DNA from: Amphiscolops sp. MND2022
Lineage: Eukaryota
Length of the DNA: 64,000 nt
Direction of reading: 5' to 3'
Assembly (NCBI GenBank): GCA_964187785.1
Contig: OZ076419.1
Span: 17,174,001 to 17,238,000 of the forward strand
Shown here piece after piece: positions 50,401-62,400 of this stretch. Below the pieces are notes generated by a model, which saw nothing but the letters and a program-made list of their open reading frames with translations, made no database searches and was not told the origin of the DNA. A program made the translations under genes and the position numbers. Each line of letters starts with the position of its first letter. Position 1 is the stretch's first letter.

Positions 50401-53400
50401 CTGAAATAAAGTTCTGGCTTTTAGGATTCGCGAATTTTCCGAAAAAATGATGACTCTCCAATAAACGAGTGCTTTCGTAAATATCTACGATGCATCCAAA
50501 AAGTACCTCTTCTGGCTATCATAATATTTTAGACTCATTAGTACAAAAATTCTTCGGAACTATTTTGAAAGCAGATCCTAAGCAAATCTAAAATACTTTC
50601 TGCGCTTTGAACCTCAAGCGAGCGCCAGCTTGAACAGTTCCTGGATTCATTCTAATTTATTGTGAATACTACAAATGAATGGCATTCAACTGAACAATTT
50701 CAATTCGATCAGGAAATTTAGTCTTCGAAGATATCAGATCAATCAGCATGAACTGATTGAAATAAGCCAAAAACCCACAAGTTCGATTTGTATAGGCTTA
50801 GAAAAATAACATGTGATTGAAATTGCAACGAAAACAAGTCGAGAACAGCTCAAAGTCGGCGCGAAAAAACTTCGACACTAGTGAGATTCGAACTCCTTTC
50901 TTCTCCGTCGGAAGCCAGAGCCAACTGGCACATTGAAACCAACTTTCATATCGGCGAACGCCTTATTCGATTCGTCACATTAGCGACAGTAATAGTCTGG
51001 TTAAATTAGTCAACTAAAAGAGCCTACTAGAAATGTCAAAGACGATGAATTAGGTTGTACAAAAAAACGAGCTAAACGCTTGTTCCGCCTATGACTGGCC
51101 CCGCTAACGATTAAGCGGCGCTTTATGGAAAACTTTGGTTCGGCGAATTTAAGTTTTCAAATTTTTGTTTGAAAGTTCGATTGGTTACTTTCTTTTATCA
51201 ACAACCTACCACTACAAGAGACAAATATTTAAAGTGTACTGGTGTCGGTTGGTGAAAACCCCGGTACAAAAAACTTGCCACTGTAAGAGTGGGGCACTTT
51301 TCATCACCAAAATAGCTAAAATTAACGACCAATCAAATAAGCGCAAATTTCAGTCGTCGCTTTCGCTGTCGGTGCTTATTCGGATATTACGTCGTTTTCG
51401 CTTACAAACGACCTAATTCACTGGTCTTATGAATGCAGTCTCGACGAGGCTCAATTTTTGTTGTGAATTTATAAATCTATTTATGTACCGTGTTTCCCCG
51501 ATAATAAGCCCTACCCCGAAAATAAGCCACCCCTCAGAAATTTTTGCAACCACTGAAAATAAGCCCTACCCCGAAAATAGGCCACCCCATTAATGAACCA
51601 ACGAGTCGAACTGCTTGATTGGTTTCATCTGGAGAATAGATTAGCGTGCATGCGCGTGTGAACAATCAATTCGCATTTTGTCAAAGAGATATGAGTCATT
51701 ATCTCTACACGATATTGTCAACTAAGCTGATTTCATTTAATTTATTTACACGCATTTACGAAGATGAGCGCCAATCGCAATTCTTATACGAACGAATTCA
51801 AAAAACAAACAGTTGAAGAAGCGAAGGGGGGAAATTTTGCAGTTTTGCCGACAAAACAAATTGGAGCTCAAAATGGTGCGAAAATGGATTCAAAAGTATG
51901 AACAAATTGCATATCGGTGTGAATCAGGGGACGCCAAAAAGCGAAGTATGGACACGAAATTATGAAACGAATAAATGAAGAAAACAATGATTAATTCAAT
52001 TCTTGTACACTCTTTTTCACCAAAATAAGCCACCCCCGAAAATAAGCCCTGTTTTTAATGCTCACTCGGAAAATAAGCCATGGTTTATTATCGGGGAAAC
52101 ACGGAATTCTCCATGCATGTCCCCAACGGACGCGGGAATTTCAATTTAAGTCTTGTCTCTTTTTTTTTAGTGAACACTTATCAACTTCCACTAACTCGGT
52201 AGAAAAGTCGTGTTGGTCTGAGAAGGCAGCGAGAACTGCGGGGGGTATAAGGCAGTGGGAGGAGGCAGCGGTGAGAGAGTCCATCAGTCTGGGGTCCATG
52301 GTGCCCATGCCAGCGGCAGATGGGTGGGAGAGAGGGGGTATTGCGATATGTTTGGGGATGGTGGGGTTGGAGATATGTCGCCACTTAGTGACCAGTTTGC
52401 GCATCCTACAGATCGCTATCACTGCACGCACTGCTCCTTTGAATCTGAACAAAAACAAACTGACTGAGTTTCGGATTGTTTCCATGAAAACTTTATGACA
52501 TGAACAGGAAACACTTTCAGTATGCACAAAATTTAGAAAAAGAAACTTCAAGATTTCTAATAGGAAATAACAAAAAAATAAACATTCAAAACCGTATATC
52601 ACTCAGTAAATTGCTCTAAGAACGTTAACTATCTCTTTCATAGTGCCGGAAATGATTCTTCCTTCAAACTAACAAGCATTAAAAACGATCCACTGAGATG
52701 AACACGCATTCACAAAAACCAGAGAAGACAAGAAAGCATTCGAAACTAGTTACAAACTGTGTCAGTACATTTGATATGAATTTTCATCCTTTCACGATTT
52801 CAACCTATTGAATTTTTAACATTTTGCAATTTCGGCCCAAAAATTTTGTCTATAGGATCAAAATTAGGTTTATAATAATTTTAGGTAGGTTTCTTTTTCA
52901 TACATTCCTGAAACCATCCATGTTAATTTTCAAGCGAGTTTTGATAAGGATTTGGCTTCTTCATGAATAATTACTCTAAATTAAGCCTGCTTGATTCATT
53001 GCCAACTATTGTAATTTTTACTGAAATTAGTTTAGGTCGATATTAGGCAAGGTTGGAAATGCAAAAAGTAGAAGTTTTCACCAGTTGAAATGACAATGGT
53101 TGAAGTTGCTTAGGACGGAATTTCATGTAACCTACTTAACTAACAACAAGCAACATGAAAGCTCACCTTCGAGTAGGCGTTGCAAACTTTTTCGACTTCC
53201 TATTCAGAGGATTAACGGACATTGCAGACTGTTGCTCCTCAGTGATCAGCCCCATTTCCGAGATCATCTTCAGAGCAGAGTCCTCGTACGCTCTGAAACT
53301 CTCGATCAACATGAGCAGATATCTCTTCTGGTACAGCAGATTTCTCCTTCTACTGTCTGCTCTGAGATACGCCGAGTAGACTTTTTGGATCTGCAATTCG

Positions 53401-56400
53401 ACCGAGTTTTTGGCGCCCACTTGTACTTTCATGTCCTCCAGGACTCTTCTCAACGACAGTTTCTCATTGGTCAATAGAGTTGTGACGTCAGTGAGCTCTC
53501 GGTTTTGTTGGATCAGTCGCTCGTTCAACGAGAGAAGCTTCTTGGAACATGTCTGAAGACAACAGCAAATAATATCAAGTTTAAGTCACATCTAGTTCGT
53601 CAATTACAGATTAAAATCAGCAATTTACAGAAAATAAAAAAATAAAAATAATAATTTGAATTTTCATTATCGAAGTTTCTCAAGATTTTGATTTGGAATT
53701 TGCCATTGTTTCACATTTCCATTTGCACTCACGAGGTTATGCTAGTCGCTAATTTGGTTTCATGTACATGTTTTGATGAGCCGTTAGATCAGCATTCTTA
53801 CTTTGGAGGGTAAGATGATGTACTTCTCAGCCAGCTTGTGTAGTTGCGACAAACAGTCATTTCCACATGACAACATCAGCTTGCTCTCCGACATGAAGCT
53901 GTCACGATCCCTGAAGTGAAACAGTTTTCTTTATTCTCGATCCATGCCAAATTTTTAACTGTTTTCCGTTTTCAAGTGATTTCTTCCCCACGTGTGTCTT
54001 TAGTTGTAGGAAATATAAACTAAAAATGATAAATAGATAGACACGCAAAGGTATTTCAATGCAAATCAAGTCCAAAAAAGCGTCCAAGAATCCTATGTCC
54101 AAATAAACAAGCCCTTCAAAGCGCCAAAGAATTTTTTGAAAAAAATCCCAATCTCGAAGTAATAAAAAACCTAAACAGGGACCTTTCTTGGGTTAAAACG
54201 TTTTTTTTCTAGCTAACCATATGCAACCATGGGGAACCCCTCTAGAAAAACTTTCAAATAATTCGCACAGTGCCAAAAACAACCCTCAAATTCCCTTTTA
54301 CTCCGAATAAGTATGTCAAACTATGAAAGGGAGGACCCTTCCAATCAATTTGGCTAATTGCGAATTTTAACTTGGACCGGATTAGAGAAAAACACGACGA
54401 AAAGCCACTTCATAAAGGATCACTAAAAGTTATTGCACGGCTCGGCCTTTTACCTTCCCGGTTGCTTAGTCAAAATCAGCATTGGTACGCCGCTTAGCTT
54501 CGCTTCAATATTGTGCATTACACAATTATGTGGCCCAAGCAGATGGCGATTGCCTTTTTGGGCATTGACAGTATGGATACCAACTCAACGTCTTGGGCAT
54601 AATTTACTCAAACCAAAAAATCTCAACAGGGACGACTAAGCTTTAAACGAGTCTTATGAGGGATTCAAAAATTTCAGCTACAAATAAATAATTGCACTAA
54701 CATATTTGTATTGAAAATCTGCAGGGCCTCTAGAAAACTGGTTAAAGCTATTTGTATCTGAACTCGGACACTTTCAACGTGCTGTTGGTAGGCAGTGGCG
54801 TGATCAACCATTGAACATTCCTGATTGGTTGCCGAGTTAGTCTCGTAGTCTGCGCCTGCAACTTCCACGAACGAGGACTCGTCTTGAGACACATTGTTCC
54901 CCAAGGAAGCATTGGAAGTATTTGCATACCCTGACATCTAACGAAAAAACACGGGCAAATCAATCATTTTGATCAAAGAATTTGAAAGAAATGTCCTTCT
55001 AAAAATAACTGAGCATTGATAATGGGGCAACAAAAAGCATTTGTTGGGATAAAAAACAATTTTAACAAAAATTGTAGCTGCATCGAATGTTTCAAATTAG
55101 CAAACCCAAATTACCGCAATGAAGAAACATGTTGTCAACTTGATATTCGGCTAATTTCCAACAGACTGCTTAATTTTTTCATTTGAATCAGTGGGTTTCT
55201 GTGAACTTTCTTGCAAAATCTGACCGTTTTTGACAGCATTTCCCAGCTCAAACAGAAACCCAAAGTATGACCTTGAGGACCTTGTTCACCGCGTTATTTT
55301 CCACCGAAAATATTTACATTTTTTGACAAATATCTGTTTCTGGCTGAGTGAATTTCAAAACTTCAAGTGTTACTAACAAAGTTTTCCTTCTCAGCCTCCC
55401 AATCGCGAGTTACGGGATTCTTAATGACTTTGATGGCTTTTGAGCTCGCCTTCAAACTGAGGTTTTCCTTTTCCAGTTTGGTCAGCGCTGTTTTCTGTTC
55501 TTCAACTAGGGCCATCAAATTCGCTCTTTCAGCCTAAAACAAGGAAATAAAATAGTTAGGTTGAGAAAGTAAGAAAGGTAGAAAAACAGAGTTAGAATGG
55601 TATAGTTTTTCATGATCCTCCTGTTCAAGGGTTTCATAGCTCAAATATATTTACACAAGGTTATTCAATTCATTTTCTTCGTTTTGAAGGACCTATTCCA
55701 GATCCAAGGATCAGGAAATGTCAATCTCGACAAAACACTTCTTCAAAGAAAGAAATTAAGTCTGAATATTTATAAATAACGCCTAGTAGAAAGTTTGAAT
55801 CAATCAGCGTCAAAATTTGACACGGAGACTTCTCTGAAGACAACCATTCCTTTTTCGAACCCATTTTTGAAATTTTGATGACCTTGAAAAAAGAGGCGTA
55901 TCCATATTTCGCTTCACATTATCCAATAAAATATAAATGGATCTTCTACCCCCACAACCCACCCTAGACCCCCACTATTGCTGACCTCGAATGACTCCTT
56001 GGAGATGGTGAGTCGTTGAATGTGGTGTTTGCACGTGTCCACCTGTTCCATGATGGAGTCCACCTGTCTCTGCAACTTGTCCTTGCCCATCTTCATCTCC
56101 TCCAGCTGCCGCTCCTTCGTCTCCAGTTGACGCTCCAACTGGCCCACACGCGAGTCCCTGCAAAAATCGAAACACTATTGATCTTTGTTACTGAAACCCT
56201 TGAAGCTTCAGTAAAATGTAGTGTACACGTATATGAATTTTTAAAAAGCTGAATTGATGAATTCAATGGAATGACAGTTGAAAAATTAGAATCAAGCGAA
56301 AAGAATTCGCATTCAACAATTTGTTTTGTATGCAGAGGAATTTCCAGAGAATAGGCCCCTGCGGCGCACAGTATTATTTCTGCTTTTAGGCTTTCATCTT

Positions 56401-59400
56401 CCATAATAGAAGCATATCTTGATCATTTATATAGCGCACAATTAATCACTAGCAGTTTACACCTCTCGGGCTAAAGAAAATATAACTACTAAACGTAGAC
56501 GAAGTTTCGCACTCGCATTTGAATGGGGTCATCTCAATAACTCGGTGTTCGAAAGCATAATTGCCACTCGCTCGTTCCATCGCACGAGAAACGAATTGCT
56601 GTCGGCAGCTTGAGAAATTTAAATCTCACGCTTATACTCACTGCCGAACAAAATATCTGAACTTTCCGGTATCACAAAAATTTTACTGGAAAAAAGTTGA
56701 AATTTTGAGATTTCAATAATATTCCTGCTACCGCAGAAATAATAATAATACAGGAAAAAATTTTGAAAAATTTTGAAAAGCACATCTCTCTGAATTAAGC
56801 AAAATTCGCTTTAAAAAAATTCTATGATAATACTTGAAAGTTCGAATTTTTTTACTCTGGATTGAATGTCTTAAACGGTCACTCGGAAACAAAGAATAAC
56901 TAATTTGATCAACGGTATGTCACCCTTAAAATCATCTTCCGTTTCTAGTACTACCTACAAACACAGTGTGATTCGCGTATACAAATAGGTAAATTTTGAA
57001 GTCTTGATTATTATTTCTTGACAAAAACCCGATGCGAAAACTCGAAGAGCAATTATACTTTATTTCTTTGTCCCCTTTTGGATGATAAAACTGTTCTTTT
57101 TGACACATTTAAAGCTTGTTTTGGTTTTTGCATTGTCCAAATAAATACTCTTTTTTTAAAAAAAATCAACTTTTTATATCGAGCCCCCAATAACGTTTTT
57201 CGGATATGACGTCATTATTTTGACCTCCATATTCTACGACTGTACCTGGATGTCTCGAGGTCATTGCACTTGTTGTTGGCCAGTTTGAGACTGCGCTCCA
57301 AAGACTTCACTTCTGACTCCCTCACGTGATACTTCTTGGCCCACTCCTTCTGAATTTTCTCTATCTCACAGATCCTTTGACGCAACTTTTCGCTCTCTTT
57401 CTGCAACTCCGTGTTTTCGACTGGAACAATCATTCTCGTTTATCAAAGATTAATCAATGTAAACAAATATACCCATAGAAAAACTAACAAAACTGGACCA
57501 AACATGATTGTTGTTTCAAGGATTTTTGTGGGTCAAAAGCGTAGTCAAGATGAATTGCTTTCAATCAATTTGGGAAAGACGAGCATGAAGTTTTTCGGCT
57601 TTTTCCCTCATCCCTCCCACTAGGTTTTAAAAACTAATATTTAACCAAACGATTTGCCGTCGTCACATGTGTTCACATAATCAGGTACGAACTCATTTCA
57701 ATATTCTTCGAAATTCTCACGAAATTTGAGCTGGCGGTCAGGGTGGTTGGTAAGAAAAACTTCGGTATCTTTTAAAAACCATTCTTTCTACTTTGAACAT
57801 TCTATTGTACAATCTTTGAACATTGTGCAGTATTCATGCGCAAACCCAGTCCTATTTGTAAAAAAAACAATCAAATTGCATTTACTTTTCAAAGATTCAT
57901 TCTGTGACGTCAAATCAGTGATGGTAGCCCGGGCAATGTTGAATGCCCTGCTTTTCTCGTTCAAACTGTTTTCGGAAGCCTTCAACTGAGTCTGCAACGT
58001 AGTGATCTGATCGTTCAGGTCATACAACGTCTTTTGTTCCAGGTGCGACAATTCAGCCACAATGTCGTTCGAATAGTTACGATTCACTTCGGCCTCGGTT
58101 TTATAAGCCGCGCACATTTCTCGTTCCTTCTGAAGTTCTTTTTTGAGATCTAGACACGGGAAGAATTTGTTCATGTTAGTTTTAGTCAAGTTTTTCCTCA
58201 AACGATCGCCACAGTTCATTTCAACAGTTTCGATGTTCATAATTTCGAACGCATTTGACTCTGTTAACATGGGAACGCAATCCATAACAGGTGGGGGAAC
58301 GTAATCCATCACTGGTAATAACCTTAAAGTTATACAAAAGAAACTAAGAATAGCAATATCAAAAATTTCTAGTCAAAATACAAACTGAACGAATAAAAAA
58401 ACTTGAAAAAGTATGAATGAATGCTTCACAATTTTTCAAATTCGACAGGGCTTGTCATTGAAACTTAAAAATCCAGGAATGAAATTTACCAATATTGAAG
58501 TTTAAATGATTCATCATTTTGAAATGAAGCACCACGCTCATTGATAACCGATTGCAATGTGCTTAATGGAATAATTGCGACTATGGCTATAGAGTACGAC
58601 TCACTAATTTAGAAATCACTAACATGGATGGAATTGGGGACCGATGTTTAAAGTTTCACATGTGAAATGCGAATGATCATGAAAAGAATCCATGAAACAT
58701 GCATGTCTCATAGATGATTATCCACAGAACAGAGGATTTTTGACAAGATCTACATGAGCGGAATGTATACATTTCATAATATATTATAATAACTCAAAGG
58801 TTAGATGGAATAATTGGAAAAGCAAGCTTTGAACCTGGTGTGGTTTTCTATAGAACAATGAAAGCAAGAGAGTATGTAATTGATTCTGATCAGATTTCTT
58901 TTCACCGGGAATACCTCTCGATCAAGTAGCTCTAGTTAATACTACCTCTAGTTAATAATACTATTTACTTATATGTACCCCTTGTTATAATACCACAGAC
59001 GTCGAAAAACAACAGAAGAGAAATTCCTCAAACGTTCTCGACTTGATTAAAAACGTAAGTGGCTAGTTATTTTACAAAAATATAAGAGTTCAAATGAACT
59101 GGATTAATCGGAAGTGAAGCTAAGTTGAAACTTTGAAAGCACTTACTTGTGATTACTTTGTTAGAATGCAGTTGAGTTTTCATTTGACTGTAGCTGCTCT
59201 TCAATGAATTCAATTCTTGATCATTTTCCTCACTCGCCTAAAACGAAACACAGTCAGAAGGGACACAGTGGCTATGCTATATTTTCCGTTTCTTTGGAGA
59301 AACGCTTGAAGCCTGAGTTTTGACACTGCTAATCAGCGATTTCATTGGTGATTCGAATTAGCGGCAAATCATAAAATGCCCAAAATGAAAATTTCACCAG

Positions 59401-62400
59401 ATTCTTATTCGGAATGTTTCAGAATGAATTTCGAAAATTTCAACTCTTACCCTTGTAAAACCCACATAGTGTGAAAAATGTAGTTAGCAAAACCTTAATC
59501 AAAATATCATTTATTTTTAGAATATAAATTTAGTCAAACATCCAATAGTTTTGATGAAACTTTTCAGTGAAATAGCGAATTTGAAATTAGCGATTGGCGA
59601 AAAAAATTAGTGATGTCGATGTCAAAACCCTGCTTGAAGCGTATAAAAGATTTACAACACCAAACCTTATGGAGACTACAAACTACTAGTGTCGATGATC
59701 CGTAGATATCCTCTAATACCAATAAAAAAGCACACGGAACGAAATTTTTCTGTTTTTTGTCAACTCCTGGGAGAAGCAAATTTTCAATTCAACTTGGAGA
59801 AAACAAAAATATACATAAAAAACACGTGGCGTCGAGCAAACAAGCTGAACAAAAGAGTTGAGAGACAAATTTTTGCAAGGTTATATTTATTGCCGATCTT
59901 TGTCTTGGGATCTTTCTGAATTGGACAAAATATGAGGACAGACGAAGTACGTTAGCCATTCCCCAGTTTTCGGAGAAATACGAGGTACCAATGCAGGAAT
60001 TCTACCAAGCATACCTGTTCCTTTCTGTACGTCTTATGCAGTGGAGTCTCAGACAACACTCCCACCCCACTGGCATGGCTACTGCTCTGAAGCGCCCTTA
60101 GCTGCTCCTGGACTGCCCGCAACTCCACTTCGATCTCCTTCACTCGCTCCATCTCCTGCTCCTTGCGCGCTTGTTCCAGAGTCAGCTCCACTCTTAGGTT
60201 TTCCTTCAGCAGCTTCTCATTCTGCAGCGTGCCTTCCAAGTTGTTCATCTTGCATTCCATCCTAACAAACATGAGTTCTAGTGATAAACCAGAGCCGCAT
60301 GTGCGGTAAAGGAGTCGGATTAGGTCTTTTTCCTTCTTACTCGCTCGAATCCCAGTCATACGATTTTGATGAAATTGCATATATTAAGCCTCCATATGAA
60401 ATTGCTTATATGGTGCAGAAAGACTCCATAAAAATTCTTTCAAATCGCAAAAAAATGAGAAAATCGAACAGGTCCAAAATTTGCAGTTTTTTTGATCATT
60501 TTTGGACTAAATTTGGCTATATTCCTCAAATACGAGTCATACGATTTTGATGCCTGTGCACGCAGGAGCACCTTTGGGTTTACAATGACTGTAAATTTTC
60601 ATAAAAATCGTATGGACACATTTTGAGAAATTTGAAATTTTAATTGAAAGGTCGGGAGAAAAAAGGTACGATTGTATAAGTAGTCGAAATTTTTTCTGAC
60701 TCCTAAAATGGGAGCAAAAAATAAACAGCGCACTGCTGATGAAAAAAATTAGGCGATCTGTTCTTAGGTGTACTGTTATAGCAAGAAAATGAATGTTATT
60801 ACTGTACGAACTGGGGTATCTTCGTTATTTAATTTTAATTTTGAGTTTAAGATCTTTCAATAATACTAGCGTGAGAACAAGAAAATCGAAGTCTAGAGAA
60901 TTAAAAGTGTACATGAATTCTTACGACAGATAATTTCAATTTCTGAACAGATTTCACGTAACTAGTATCAATCTTGAAAATCACGAAGAAACACTTACAA
61001 ATTGAAACTTCGAAATCAATTAAAGGTGAAAGCAAGCCAGGAACGGCATAAGTCGGTACCCCTCTTAGGGCTCAAAAAGAGCGAAGTCGTTCACAGGTTA
61101 AAACTAAAATTCCTTTTTAACCTTAACCCTAATTAACCTAGTGGTACTTTAAAGCAGCCTACCGTTTTTTTAATTTTTGTTTTCTTTTGCCAACAGCCCA
61201 TATTCTCTAGCACATTTTTTTTCAGCAATTCATTATTCATTGCTACCTAGATTGATTTGAATGGCACAAGCACTACAAAACGTGAATATGTCTCCAAATC
61301 TGGGAAAAATGTTTTCTTTTGCACAAAAAATGGTTATACTATTCCAAAATTCAGTTTTTGGCGAAATCCAGTTTTCTCAAAAGTCTTTGATCAATAGAAA
61401 AAACCAACCACATACCCTTCCACAACAACTCCTGGTCCAACAAACCCTCATAATATTCTGTTGTTACTACAAGCCCCCGCGCAGCGGGCCGCACGAAGTG
61501 CGGAACTGACGCGAAGCGGCGGTACCGGAAAAAGAAGCTAAAATTCTGGAAAAAGGGGCGCGCGGCGACAGGGGCTCACCTGAGCAAAATGAAAGCCCAA
61601 TACCAGACCTTTCAAACGCGCTAAAGTTTGTTTCTCTGGTACGCGTACTTGTGGAGATATTAATTTTTTAAAATTTTTAATCAAATTTTTTGAAAATTTG
61701 CAAAAACGCCCAGGTCAATTAGGGTTAACTTGGCCAATGTGCCAAATTTGGCACATTTAGTTTCTGCAAATTCTTAACGCACCAGCTGATTGTATGGTAA
61801 ATCAAACCCTTTATTAGGAGTTTCAGACAATATTGCATAGCATTCGGCGCCTTTTCACGGAAAATTGACGTGATGTCTCCAAAACCCAGAAAATGAGGCG
61901 AAAAAATCAAAAGAAAAATAAGTGCAGATTTTCCGTTTTCCCAGTTTTCGTTTGTGCCCCTTTTATCCCACTGGTATCAACATTGGGTCAAAGCGGCCCC
62001 AGCATGTTTTGAAACATGCTGAAAAGCAAGCAGAGACACGACGCGTGCAGCAAAGTTTTGGCGAAAAGTTCGGAGCCAGTGCGGCGAAGCCGCACGCCAG
62101 CGGAGAACTTCGCGCAAAAAACTTTGCGCGCAAGGGGCCCGCGCTAGCGGGCCCCAAGCCCAGCAGTTTAAAAATTGATTTGAAAGACCTAATGCTCCTC
62201 TTTCGAACGCTGTAAAAATCGTTTGTCGGACTTGTATAGTTCAGGAGATATTGCGGTTTAAAGTTGAAGCACTCGATTTTTGGATGGAACAAGATTTTTC
62301 CTGGCCAACTTAAGGTTAATCTGAATATGTCAAAATATGAATAGGTAATAATAGTTAGACCCTTTTAATCCATTTTTAGATATTAGAACTTTTATGGTCC

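Noticed and set aside
50860-50915. tRNA or SINE on minus strand (GAGTTCGAATC)
   Set aside because: Only a B-box-like motif; A box and stems are unconvincing.
52141-52195. PACT gene ending at the TGA at 52141
   Set aside because: A GTTAGT donor at 52195 splices in phase to 50400 and yields the family-like C-terminal helix, which fits better.
60345-60615. Direct and inverted CATACGATTTTGATG repeats as a defined MITE
   Set aside because: The repeats are real but termini and TSD could not be fixed.
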